Source: a virus (taxonomy: Duplodnaviria; Caudoviricetes). Taken from it: a stretch of DNA of 37,084 nucleotides. Location: the IMG/VR virus record IMGVR_UViG_3300027719_000263, positions 1 through 37,084 of that record, one strand, 5' to 3'. Within the stretch, counting starts at the first letter, position 1. Each line of letters begins with the position of its first letter. Under the pieces are notes generated by a model. That model had not been told where the DNA came from, did no database searches, and saw only the letters and a list, made by a program, of their open reading frames with translations. Shown piece after piece: positions 1 to 9,100 of this stretch. A program made the position numbers and the translations under genes.

Positions 1-549
1 TCAGTTATCCTGAATCCACCAACTGACGCCATCTTGAACTACACGTTCCTTTTCGGCATAAATATCATTCGCGATAAATCGCGAAACATTTATTCTCGCC
101 ATCTGAATTTTCTGCTGAGCTATTTGTGGATTTTTTGTAACCAGCATCGCCAAGTCTGCGCCGAGCTGCGCGATAACCGCACCCCTGAAATTTGCGTCCC
201 AATCATTAGGATCGTATGAAACAATCGTGCAGTAGAGTTCCAATTCAGGTGAATACGCCACGATAAACTTTCCCTCCAGCCTCTCAAACGACGGATTTCC
301 GAAAATTATTTGATTCAGGCCGTTGGGCAGTAAAAACTTTCCCTCGCCCGTATCTTGATTGTATTCGCTGCATACCAGCTTTACCTTCCTGCGCAAGCGC
401 GTCCATTTGCGCATAGACGCAACTTCATCAATCGTCATATTGATTCTGCGACGAATCCGCACAGCATCGAATTCGTTGCCGTCCAAAGAAGATATGGCGC
501 GTTGCCCTAAATCTTCCAGAACGATATTTGCTATATCGGTAAGAGTCAT
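1..549 (-). CDS. Tail tubular protein A / head-tail adaptor (T7 gp11-like)
   Basis: 182 aa; N-terminus MTLTDIANIVLEDLGQRAISSLD, then W-x-R and LP motifs and F..AV.AQLGADLA, the usual podovirus adaptor pattern; ATGA overlap with the GT8 stop. Confidence 0.75.
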   Translation of the reverse strand: MTLTDIANIVLEDLGQRAISSLDGNEFDAVRIRRRINMTIDEVASMRKWTRLRRKVKLVCSEYNQDTGEGKFLLPNGLNQIIFGNPSFERLEGKFIVAYSPELELYCTIVSYDPNDWDANFRGAVIAQLGADLAMLVTKNPQIAQQKIQMARINVSRFIANDIYAEKERVVQDGVSWWIQDN

Positions 550-1334
550 ACTTCGCCCCTTTCGGCATTAGGAAGGCATTTAAAAAAGTTGATTTTAAGT
601 TCATCGCCCCTGCCTTCCATTATGTAGTCGTGAACTTGCTTTATCCCTGAGAAGACGCTTTCCTTACGCCTAGGCTCGTTTTTTGAGCCCAGTAAATGCA
701 AAACTTTTGCAGACTTGACGGCCGCAGCCACGTCATGAAAATCATCGACGTATGTCCTCACAAAAGTGTTATACGCATAGGACGCGACCAAGGTTTCTTC
801 CCCATATATTATGTTCAGGATTGTTTGGTCGTGCAGCCAATGTTTGATTTTTGTTTTCTTTTGCGTGATAAAATTAGCCCGTTGCGGCAGACGGCTTTCT
901 CGAATCCCCTTGAGGTTCATGCAAAGCACACCGGCGTTAAAATATGTTTCTGCGTTTTCAATGCCCCTATTGGCAAGAAGCTCATTTGTGATAATCGGAT
1001 CGTGTGAAGCCGCAATGGTTTTCGGCTCCAAATTCCAAAACGGCGTAATATCCCCGCAGACAAGCGTGTCTGAATCCAAATAAATACACTTGTCCAGATG
1101 CTTCAGGGTATCCGCAATAAAGAGGCGAAAATACGATTCTTTTGTAATTTTCTGATTTACGCCGTCGAAATGGAAATTCTCGGGATAAACGGGACGCACC
1201 TGCGCATACGGCAAATCCAGCTTTTCATTCGTCAAAATCGTGATATTCGCAGTCGGATTAAACTTTAACAAAGTATCAATAGAAAGCTTTGTGTATCGCT
1301 CGTAGTTTTTATTTGTGCAATAAACTATCTCCAT
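546..1334 (-). CDS. Glycosyltransferase family 8 protein
   Basis: YFRLFI, CIYLDSD (DxD), YFNAGVLCMNL, HDQTILN and late H motifs typical of GT8; no signal peptide or TM segment. Confidence 0.9.
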   Translation of the reverse strand: MEIVYCTNKNYERYTKLSIDTLLKFNPTANITILTNEKLDLPYAQVRPVYPENFHFDGVNQKITKESYFRLFIADTLKHLDKCIYLDSDTLVCGDITPFWNLEPKTIAASHDPIITNELLANRGIENAETYFNAGVLCMNLKGIRESRLPQRANFITQKKTKIKHWLHDQTILNIIYGEETLVASYAYNTFVRTYVDDFHDVAAAVKSAKVLHLLGSKNEPRRKESVFSGIKQVHDYIMEGRGDELKINFFKCLPNAERGEV

Positions 1335-1342
1335 TTCCCCTC

Positions 1343-2275
1343 CTATAAAAAGTTATAGTATTCATCTGAAATAAAGGCGCGGATTTCCTCCCTTGCATCA
1401 GCAAGGGCTTTAACGTCTTTAAATTCTCCTCCGCCAAATGCCTGTAAGAAGGACAGCCTGAAGTTTTCGCGCATCGCTACCTTCAGCTTGTCGATATTTA
1501 CAACCGGAATCGCCTCGTAATTTAGGTTTTTCAAATCAGAAACTTTCAGCACGGGCAAAATCCCCGCTAATGCGGTTCTGCGACTTCTGATGTCCGCGCA
1601 AAAATCATTTACAAACACCACCGGCACACCCATTGCCACGCACGGCAAGGCACAGTGAAGCAAGTTCGTGATTACAAGCTTGGCTTGTGCATACGCCTGA
1701 AGTCTTTCCTTGGCCAACACAAATCTTTCTTGCCTATTTGCCCCCGCCTCAGCCCCGTCCCTGTGTGTTAATATCCTAGCCTGCTCCAAGACGGCGGGCG
1801 GCAAGTGCCGCAAAAATTCATCAGCGGGGCTCTCCTTTGTGTAGCAAGCCACAATCACGTCCTTTGGCTCGGCAGGGCGCGGGATTTTATCAAAAGTTAA
1901 GGTAAGGCAACGGCTAAAGTATCCCCTGTCCCCAAAATAACTCAATGTGCGCAAGTCCCTACATCCTATCGCACCGCGTTTTTGCCTGACAATTTTTTGG
2001 AGTATGTCCTTTTTCGCCAAGGCATCGCGCAAATGGAAACCTACATAAAGCGGCTTTTGAAATTTATTGGGTATAAACCCATCACTACGCGCAAACCATC
2101 CCTGCATTATTACGCGTAGCGGCGTATAATACGCCAAGTTTTCCCTCTGCGCAAAGTTGATTTTCTCAACGCCGCCGCGCTTCAAGCTTTCAATAACCGC
2201 AAGAGACTGAATATAATCTCCTACATTAAAGAAATCTTTCTCGTAGTCTAAAACTGTATAAAAATCTGAGTTCAT
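1343..2275 (-). CDS. Polysaccharide pyruvyltransferase family protein
   Basis: NVGDYIQSLA, IGCRD and AKLVITNLLHCALPCVAMGVPVVFV match the NxGD / RD / xxH motifs of the family (canonical RLH is LLH here). Confidence 0.85.
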   Translation of the reverse strand: MNSDFYTVLDYEKDFFNVGDYIQSLAVIESLKRGGVEKINFAQRENLAYYTPLRVIMQGWFARSDGFIPNKFQKPLYVGFHLRDALAKKDILQKIVRQKRGAIGCRDLRTLSYFGDRGYFSRCLTLTFDKIPRPAEPKDVIVACYTKESPADEFLRHLPPAVLEQARILTHRDGAEAGANRQERFVLAKERLQAYAQAKLVITNLLHCALPCVAMGVPVVFVNDFCADIRSRRTALAGILPVLKVSDLKNLNYEAIPVVNIDKLKVAMRENFRLSFLQAFGGGEFKDVKALADAREEIRAFISDEYYNFL

Positions 2276-2634
2276 TTCTTTTTAAACCTGTGACACCATT
2301 CGGGGCTATGGTCTATTTGGAACGCGCAATTCTGAATCGGATTGCGCTTACAGGCCAAACACGTCAAAAGGCGCTGCCGTGTGGCTTTAGCAACCTCGGC
2401 ATAGGCGCGTGCGTTGGCCTCGCGCTCCTTGGCCTCTGCAGCGCGTTCTTGAGCCTCCGCAGCCTTGCGATTGGCGTGTTTTGAACGAATTGTTGAAACC
2501 CCCGCACAAATGGCCACAATTGACGCAGCAACAGACCCCACCCAGGCCGCAAGCGCGTCAGGGGTGAAGTTTATCGTGCAAAAGTAGGCATAAATATTTC
2601 CGCCTATGATGAGTGGCCATTCAAAACGATGCAT
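2272..2634 (-). CDS. Putative holin-like membrane protein with C-terminal coiled coil and Cys cluster
   Basis: Start reassigned to ATG 2634 (MHRFEWPLIIGG); hydrophobic segment ALAAWVGSVAASIVAICAGVSTI followed by a basic, Ala/Glu-rich helix; lies after the tail fibre. Confidence 0.45.
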   Translation of the reverse strand: MHRFEWPLIIGGNIYAYFCTINFTPDALAAWVGSVAASIVAICAGVSTIRSKHANRKAAEAQERAAEAKEREANARAYAEVAKATRQRLLTCLACKRNPIQNCAFQIDHSPEWCHRFKKK

Positions 2635-2656
2635 TTGTGTATAGGGCTTAAGGGTT

Positions 2657-2686
2657 TGCTGAACACAATTTTTTTTGTGTTCAGCA
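2657..2686. repeat. Perfect 12-bp inverted repeat (hairpin) between the two candidate lysis genes
   Basis: TGCTGAACACAA-tttttt-TTGTGTTCAGCA. Confidence 0.8.
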
Positions 2687-2698
2687 GGATGAACAATT

Positions 2699-3295
2699 TT
2701 AGGCCGTAGCGGCAGCCTTTGCCGCAGCCTCAAGCGTAGTGGGTGTTAAGTTCGCAACCGCCTTGTCGGGCGTCTCCGCCTTTTTAAGGGTATCCAAAAG
2801 GAACTCGGCCACCTTTGCGCCGGCGTTAACGGTGTTGTTTTTTGCAAAATTATCAAACCAATCAATAACGGCTTGGCCGCCCTCAATCTGGTCTAATTTA
2901 TCCCAAATCTGGTCGCGAGCTTTGGCCACGGCGTTAAGTGCCGCCGTGAGTGTTTCATTCTGCTCTTCAAGCGCAACCAATGTTCCGTCCGCCTTCTTTA
3001 CATATTTCTTGCGGCGATATTCACATACCCCCGCCAAGGCCGCGCCCAGAGCTGTCCCTATATAGCCGAAAACACCAGGGAGAGACTCCCCCACTTTGAC
3101 CGCCGCGTTTGAAAGGCCTGTGTTCGTATAAGAAACTTCCACAATCGGGTTGCCTTCGGCGTCCGTTGCTTGCTTCCCCGTTGACGTATCCAAAACAGGC
3201 GTTTCGGTTTTGTTAAAGAGCGCCTTGTCAATTGTCGAGCAACCGACCAAGAGAAGCGCCCAGCTGAATATTAATGCGATTATTACTTTTTTCAT
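2699..3295 (-). CDS. Lipoprotein with internal TM segment (candidate spanin/lysis protein)
   Basis: MKKVIIALIFSWALLLVG-C lipobox; second hydrophobic segment GVFGYIGTALGAALAGVC followed by YRRKK; coiled-coil C-terminus. Confidence 0.6.
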   Translation of the reverse strand: MKKVIIALIFSWALLLVGCSTIDKALFNKTETPVLDTSTGKQATDAEGNPIVEVSYTNTGLSNAAVKVGESLPGVFGYIGTALGAALAGVCEYRRKKYVKKADGTLVALEEQNETLTAALNAVAKARDQIWDKLDQIEGGQAVIDWFDNFAKNNTVNAGAKVAEFLLDTLKKAETPDKAVANLTPTTLEAAAKAAATA

Positions 3296-3363
3296 TTGTT
3301 TTTCTTTACCCTTTAGGTTAATTTTTTTCGTAAGTATGGTTTTGAAAAAGAGTTCTTTTTTTA

Positions 3364-3564
3364 CTAGTTGCCCGCCACAGGGGAGAGTTTCTCTATGATG
3401 GGGTCGGCATTGCTGATGCCGAGCGCCTCAAATTCTTCGGCGTTCAGGGGCACGGCGTAATCGCCGGTGCCGCTCTTGTTGCCGTCCGCGTCGTAAATAT
3501 CAAAAACTATTTCGGCGCGGGTAATTTTCAGTTTGCGGCCGTCTGTGAGCGTTATTTCAAGCAT
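3364..3564 (-). CDS. Small hypothetical protein downstream of tail fibre (possible fibre chaperone)
   Basis: 66-aa ORF starting 8 nt after the fibre stop; function inferred from position only. Confidence 0.55.
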   Translation of the reverse strand: MLEITLTDGRKLKITRAEIVFDIYDADGNKSGTGDYAVPLNAEEFEALGISNADPIIEKLSPVAGN

Positions 3565-3572
3565 GAGTTGTC

Positions 3573-6041
3573 CTATTTTAATTTGTTGATTTTGATTGCC
3601 AAATCGAGGGCTTCCGAAGACGTTGGCGGCGTAAAGTAAAGTTTTGAGGCCGTCGACGTGTAGAATTTAACAAGCTCCGTCCACGCGGTTGTTATGGCCT
3701 TGGCCGTGGCATAGGCGGTTGCCGTAGTAGAGCTTGAGCCTATGTTCCAGTTTCCGTTAGCCGCGGCCTTACCCAAAATCGTGATTTCTGAATTCGCGGG
3801 CAGGATGAAACCGTCCTTGATTATGTATGCGCCCGTCGCGGCGTCCCACGTATGGCGCGCGTAGACGGTATAGGTCTGCTCATGCGCGCTTGAAATTACG
3901 CCCTCATAAAGCGCCATGTGTGCACCATTGCCTGACGCGTCCGTCCATGAGGCAGAATTTGACGTTTTACCGAAAGACGCAACCGCGCCCAAACTTTCAA
4001 TATACATTTCGCCAAATTCGAGCGTGTCACCGTTTAACCAACTTCCGCCCGTTATATAGCCTACTCCTACGTTCACTTCTTTTACGGGCTTTGACGCAGT
4101 GAGCAAGCCCGCGCCGGCCTGTATTACCCCCGCGCTTGCAAAAATATATCCGAGGGTGCCGCTCGTAGTCCCGTCAGTGTAAACCAACGTAATTAAATAC
4201 CGAACTTGATATGCGGACGATGAAACGCCCGCGCCAAGTTTAACCCTGACTACACTGCCGGCAGGAATTGTTTTGGGCAAAATTACACGGCCTAAAATTG
4301 TATAGCCCGCGCCGTCGCGCGTGGACGTAAAAACAAGACGGTTTGAGCCGTTATAGGCCAATGTGTAATAGCTGCTTGCAGCATACGGGGTAATTTGCCC
4401 CAAGCCTGTGCCTATGGGCAATGTGGATGAGCCGCTTTGCGCAAGAAGCGCGCCGCTTTGCGCGGGGTGTTCATCCAAACCAATTACATACTCTAAAAGT
4501 GTGTAGGGGCTGTCTGCCGCCGTAATGTCGTTATTGAAAATTTTCAGGCGCGCAATGTCGGCCTTAATTGACGCCGTGGCGTCTTTGCAAATATACCAAT
4601 TCGGCGCGCTACCGGCACTTACCGTAACTGTCGAAAATGTTGAAGTAAGCGCAACCCCGTCATGGTAAATCGCGCCGCCGCTTTCTGTCAAGATTCCGAC
4701 TAAAGTATGGAATTTCCCATCAGCTTTAAGCGCGGCTTTATGCGCGTTTGTAGCAAGCGCAACCCTGTATTGGCCGCGTTGCAGCGCAAAGCCCGTATTG
4801 CCGGTATGAGAGCCAAAATTAAGGCAATTATCGTAGGCAATATCGCCCACGGCCAGAAACGGGATATTCGCCGCCCCGCTTAATTCCGCACTTACAATGC
4901 GGTAAGTCAAACAAACCGACAAGGGCACTTCTGCGCGCGCGGGCGTATTTTTAATTTGGCCGTAGCCTGTGATAAATTTTACAAAGTTGGCTCGGCGCTG
5001 TAATTCGTCAATGCGGGTTGTTTGCGTTGCAACCAAACCGTTCGGGTCAACTACTGCGGCAATTTCACCAAGGGCTTCTTCTTTTGCGGCCTCTATCTGC
5101 GCAAGCTGACCCGCAACCGTTGCGGTTACATTTTGTTCGGCAAGGCGGGCTGCCGTCGCGGCCGTCGCGGCTTCATCTTTAAAATCTTCGGCAACTTCTT
5201 GCGCGCCCGCTGCGGCCTCGGCTGCGGCATCCGCTTCGGCAACTGCCGCATCTATCAAGGCTTGTTTTGCTGCGGCATTGGTATTAAAAGCGCCCGTCTT
5301 TGCGGTGACATTTGCGTCAAATTCGCCAACCTTTACAAGCGCGTATGCGGCAAGCTCGGCTTCTTTCGACTCTTCGTAAATATCGAGTTCGTCCTTTTTA
5401 TCGCCGACATGGTCATCAAAGCCGGATACTGCACTTTCCGCGCCCGTTTTCGCAACTACGGCCGCATCGCGCGCGCTTTCCGCCGCGGTTTTTGCGGCCA
5501 AAGCAGCGTTCATATAGGTTTTGACGTTCAAAACATCAGCAGCCGATACCAAAACGGAAGGCGCGCCATCGTTGTCAAAAGTCAGAACCTTTCCCGCCCT
5601 GAAGGAGGCGTCAGGCAAAATCCCCATTTCGTCCGGAGTGCGCAAAGTCCGCAAAGATAAGGCCATGAGTTGTTTTAAAATGCGCGTATCTTTTTCAAAC
5701 TGCGCAAGTATCGACGCAATATTCGCATTGCCGTCAGCCTTGATTGAAAACAAATTCGCCGCCTCCTCATCGCGAAATACATAAACGCAAAAATCCTTCG
5801 TTCCAAAGAGCGGGCTTATTGTAAGTGTGCCCTCGGCATCGTCAAAACTTAGGTATGATTGCTCAACGCGTTCTACAACTGCGCCATCTGCCGAAATGCC
5901 GACAACACAAAAATCCTCCTTGGCGCCAATCTGCCACGAAATCGGAATATCGGAAATTGTATATCTCAAAGACCCCTCGTTGGAGCTTGAAGTCTCGGCG
6001 CGAATAGGCGCGTATGCATCTGATGTCATAGGGTCGCTCAT
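3573..6041 (-). CDS. Tail fibre / receptor-binding protein
   Basis: T7 gp17-like N-terminal attachment region (LPDASFRAGKVLTFDNDG), Ala-rich coiled coil, LamG/ConA-like beta domain, G/S/T-rich beta C-terminus; follows the ejection proteins. Confidence 0.85.
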   Translation of the reverse strand: MSDPMTSDAYAPIRAETSSSNEGSLRYTISDIPISWQIGAKEDFCVVGISADGAVVERVEQSYLSFDDAEGTLTISPLFGTKDFCVYVFRDEEAANLFSIKADGNANIASILAQFEKDTRILKQLMALSLRTLRTPDEMGILPDASFRAGKVLTFDNDGAPSVLVSAADVLNVKTYMNAALAAKTAAESARDAAVVAKTGAESAVSGFDDHVGDKKDELDIYEESKEAELAAYALVKVGEFDANVTAKTGAFNTNAAAKQALIDAAVAEADAAAEAAAGAQEVAEDFKDEAATAATAARLAEQNVTATVAGQLAQIEAAKEEALGEIAAVVDPNGLVATQTTRIDELQRRANFVKFITGYGQIKNTPARAEVPLSVCLTYRIVSAELSGAANIPFLAVGDIAYDNCLNFGSHTGNTGFALQRGQYRVALATNAHKAALKADGKFHTLVGILTESGGAIYHDGVALTSTFSTVTVSAGSAPNWYICKDATASIKADIARLKIFNNDITAADSPYTLLEYVIGLDEHPAQSGALLAQSGSSTLPIGTGLGQITPYAASSYYTLAYNGSNRLVFTSTRDGAGYTILGRVILPKTIPAGSVVRVKLGAGVSSSAYQVRYLITLVYTDGTTSGTLGYIFASAGVIQAGAGLLTASKPVKEVNVGVGYITGGSWLNGDTLEFGEMYIESLGAVASFGKTSNSASWTDASGNGAHMALYEGVISSAHEQTYTVYARHTWDAATGAYIIKDGFILPANSEITILGKAAANGNWNIGSSSTTATAYATAKAITTAWTELVKFYTSTASKLYFTPPTSSEALDLAIKINKLK

Positions 6042-6044
6042 GCT

Positions 6045-6054
6045 CTATATACAC
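6045..6054 (-). promoter_or_regulatory. Candidate phage late promoter GTGTATATAG (copy 1)
   Basis: Exact 10-mer 3 nt upstream of the tail fibre ATG, just downstream of a terminator. Confidence 0.7.
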
Positions 6055-6063
6055 CTCTGCCGC

Positions 6064-6093
6064 AAAAAAGGGCGCACCCGTAAAGGCGCGCCC
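6064..6093 (-). terminator. Rho-independent terminator after the giant ejection protein
   Basis: Minus strand GGGCGCGCC-tttacg-GGTGCGCCC followed by T6. Confidence 0.85.
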
Positions 6094-6121
6094 AAGTGTC
6101 AAAGATTATTTGACGGTTCAA

Positions 6122-9100
6122 TTACCACAACACACCCTCCTCATTGTCGGTTGCGTTGTCGTAGATTTTTATGGCGTATCTCGCGGGCGCAAATACGGAT
6201 TTACCGAGGTTTTTAAAGCGTTTTTCAAAGTTTTCGCTAAATTCGCCCCTCGTAAAATCGCGCAGAATAAGACCAAACTGGCTGCCTATTCTCGCCAAGC
6301 TCGCGGCGGGCAACACTTCGCTTGTCAAATCGCGGCCATTTATCCCTGCCGCGACCCCGCCAATGCCCTTAAGTATGCCCCCGAGCCACCACCCAGAAAG
6401 AACGTCGGTAAAGGTGCTCACCGCAAAAAGCGTTAAGTCTTCCTCATCCCAGTCATCGCCCATGAGTATGCTCAACGCCGCCCCCAGTCCGTTAAAGATT
6501 GCGGGCATTATAAAGTGATTTAGCGCCAATATATTAACAAGCCTGCGGAACTTCGAGCCATTGCCCATATCACTTTTCCATGCGCGCAACGCATTCATTT
6601 CATAGCTCCAAAACAACTGTGGATTGCTTTTAAACTGCATGATTGCCCTGCCCAAAAATCCATGATTGCGCAAGAAGGATGACTGGTTGAGAGTCAAGCT
6701 GCTTTGCTGCGTGCGCTCCACAATTTCCATTGTGTCAAGCATCGCCAATTCGCGCGCCTTATCAAGATCGTGCATAAGGCTGTGCTTTTCCAGAAAACGC
6801 ATGTAAATACCCGCACCGCCGAGCGAAGATGCTATGCTGTCCATTCCGGCTGTCATTGCAAACGGACGCGTTTTTGCAATAAACCTCTTAAAGGCTGAAA
6901 ATCCGTTGCCGTATTTGCCTTCGCTAAATTCGCGCATGGCGTGCTCAAGCCCGGGATTTATACCGCCTCCCCTGCGCGCGCGCATTGAATCGCTGTTAAA
7001 GAGCTCCACAAACGCTCTGCGGCCTTCAGGCGTGCCCACAGTCCACATAATGTCTTTGACGTTTTGAAACGCGCCCACTTCAAGGCCGAATGCCGCTGCG
7101 CCTGTAAGCTGCTTTACCGCGCTTATCGGATTCCACCCCAAACCGCTAAAAGCCATGGTTGTGGCAAGCCCGCCCACAATTTTCGCCTCCGCGCTTGTGG
7201 CAAAATTTAATTTGCCGTTTATGGACTGGTCTATGAAGTTCAACAACTCTTCGCCCTGTATTTTTGTCAGGCGTTCGCGCAAAGCATCCTGCATGGGCTT
7301 TGCCTTGGTTATAGCATCCATTCGCAATGGCAAATCACCAAAGGCAAGGAAATGCGCATCCTCGGCTGAACGCTTGCGAAAGACGGAGAATATGTCCGCA
7401 GTTTCGTCAATGTCCTTAAAGCTGATTACGCGCGGGGTAAAATAGCCGGGAATTTTACTTACTGAACCGTTTGGACGCTTTGCTGTAAGCTCGCCTTTGC
7501 GAATTACGGGAAAGTATGAAACATCCTCACTGCGCAATGGCGCGCCGCTATAATTCGCCGCCGCGTTTGAAATTGCAGGGAAACGCCCGCGAAAACGCCC
7601 CTTTACCTCTTCAAGCATAGCCAAATCCGTTTCCGAAAGCTCGGCCTTCATATCTTTAAGAAGCCCAAAACGCCGCCAAAGGTCTCTGCCTATGCTCTCG
7701 CTGATTTTCGGCTTGTCCGTTTCCGAAGAGTATTGCTCTGCGCGCATAATTCGGTAAGCCTGCTGCAAATTACCCTGCTCAAGCATAGCGACAATCGCGA
7801 TAATGTTTGCCTTCGCAAGCGGCTCTCCGTGCAGGGAATATTTCTCATACTCTTTGCGCGGCTCTAATAATTCGTGAGAGAGTCTGCTTTCAGAACCGTA
7901 AAGCTTAACACCCGTTTCGTGCAGCCAAATATCGTCGGCGCTTGTAAAATCGCGCTCCTTTATACTCGCCCTTGAAATCTCCGTAGCAAAGGCGTTAACC
8001 ATTGCAGCCGTGGCATCCTGTTGCGCGCCCTCCTTGCCCTTGACAAGAAATAAATTCTCAAGCGTATGGCGCAATACCGAAGAACCTTCTTTTGCGCTTT
8101 GCGCTATTATGGAGCCGGCAGCCCCTTTAGTGCGCGGCCTATTGTTAAGCCCCGCGGCCAAGCCTTCCGACGCTTCAAGCGCCTCCGCCTGAAAATCCAA
8201 AATCTTTTGCAGTTGCGCCTGTTTTTTATCCGCAAGAAAGTCTTTTATAAACTGCAATGTTTCGGCAAGGCGGGCAGCCTCGGCATATCTCAAGCCGCCA
8301 AATTGCGACAGCGCCATCATTTCAAGCCGATTATAGGCCGCATCATTTGCAAAATCAAAGCTCCTATTACCAAGCTCTTCCATTTTCAGGGAAACTTCGT
8401 CAGGAAGCATATCAATAAACCCCTTGCCCGCCGCCAAAAACCATTTTGCCAACGCGGGGACTTTTAATTGCGTTGAGTGAACCCTGTCGGGCTTCTTATT
8501 AAACTTTGAAAGCCTGCGCTCAACTTCTGCCAAAAGCCGCTTGCGCCTGTGCTCCGCCTTAAGTTCGCGCATCTTCTGCTTAACCTCTTCCGTTTTGAGC
8601 TTTTCTTTGGCAAGTTTTTCCGCTGCGGCCATCTCTTTTGCAAATGCCGCCTCTTCTTCTTTTGAAAGAGCTTCGACATTTTTTGCATAGTATTCCGCGA
8701 GCTTACGCCCAAGCTCTGCCGCGCGCTTTTCTATGGCGGGACGCTGCCTCATTTCAAGCAAGGCGTCTATATGCTTCATTGCGCTTTCGCGTTCGCGTCC
8801 GTAGGGCAATTCTTCGGCGGCGGCGCGCAGTCCGTTTGCAAGTGTCTTAGTAAGGCGCGCAATATATTCTGCCGACTTCTGGTCTACGCCGTTTTCCTCC
8901 GCCCATACGTCCACCATATTTGCGGCCTTAGAAATTTCCGCATCAATATTTTCGGGCACAAAACCGTCTTCAAGCGCGTTAAAAATCACGCTGTCTATTT
9001 CAACCCCCTGCGCCAACATTTCATCCGTAAAGAATCCGTCTGTGGAGGCCTCCAGCTTTTCAATGCGCTGCTTTATGCGTAATGCCTCCATTTGTTGTTT

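Noticed and set aside
2637-2646. GTGTATAGGG on the plus strand, resembling the late motif
   Set aside because: Lacks one TA unit and is in the opposite orientation; probably chance.
5130-5500. Quasi-repetitive GCN-rich DNA in the tail fibre
   Set aside because: Explained by Ala-rich coiled-coil coding; not a true DNA repeat array.
3573-6041. Diversity-generating retroelement targeting the tail fibre (as in BPP-1)
   Set aside because: No reverse transcriptase and no template/variable repeat pair seen in the window.
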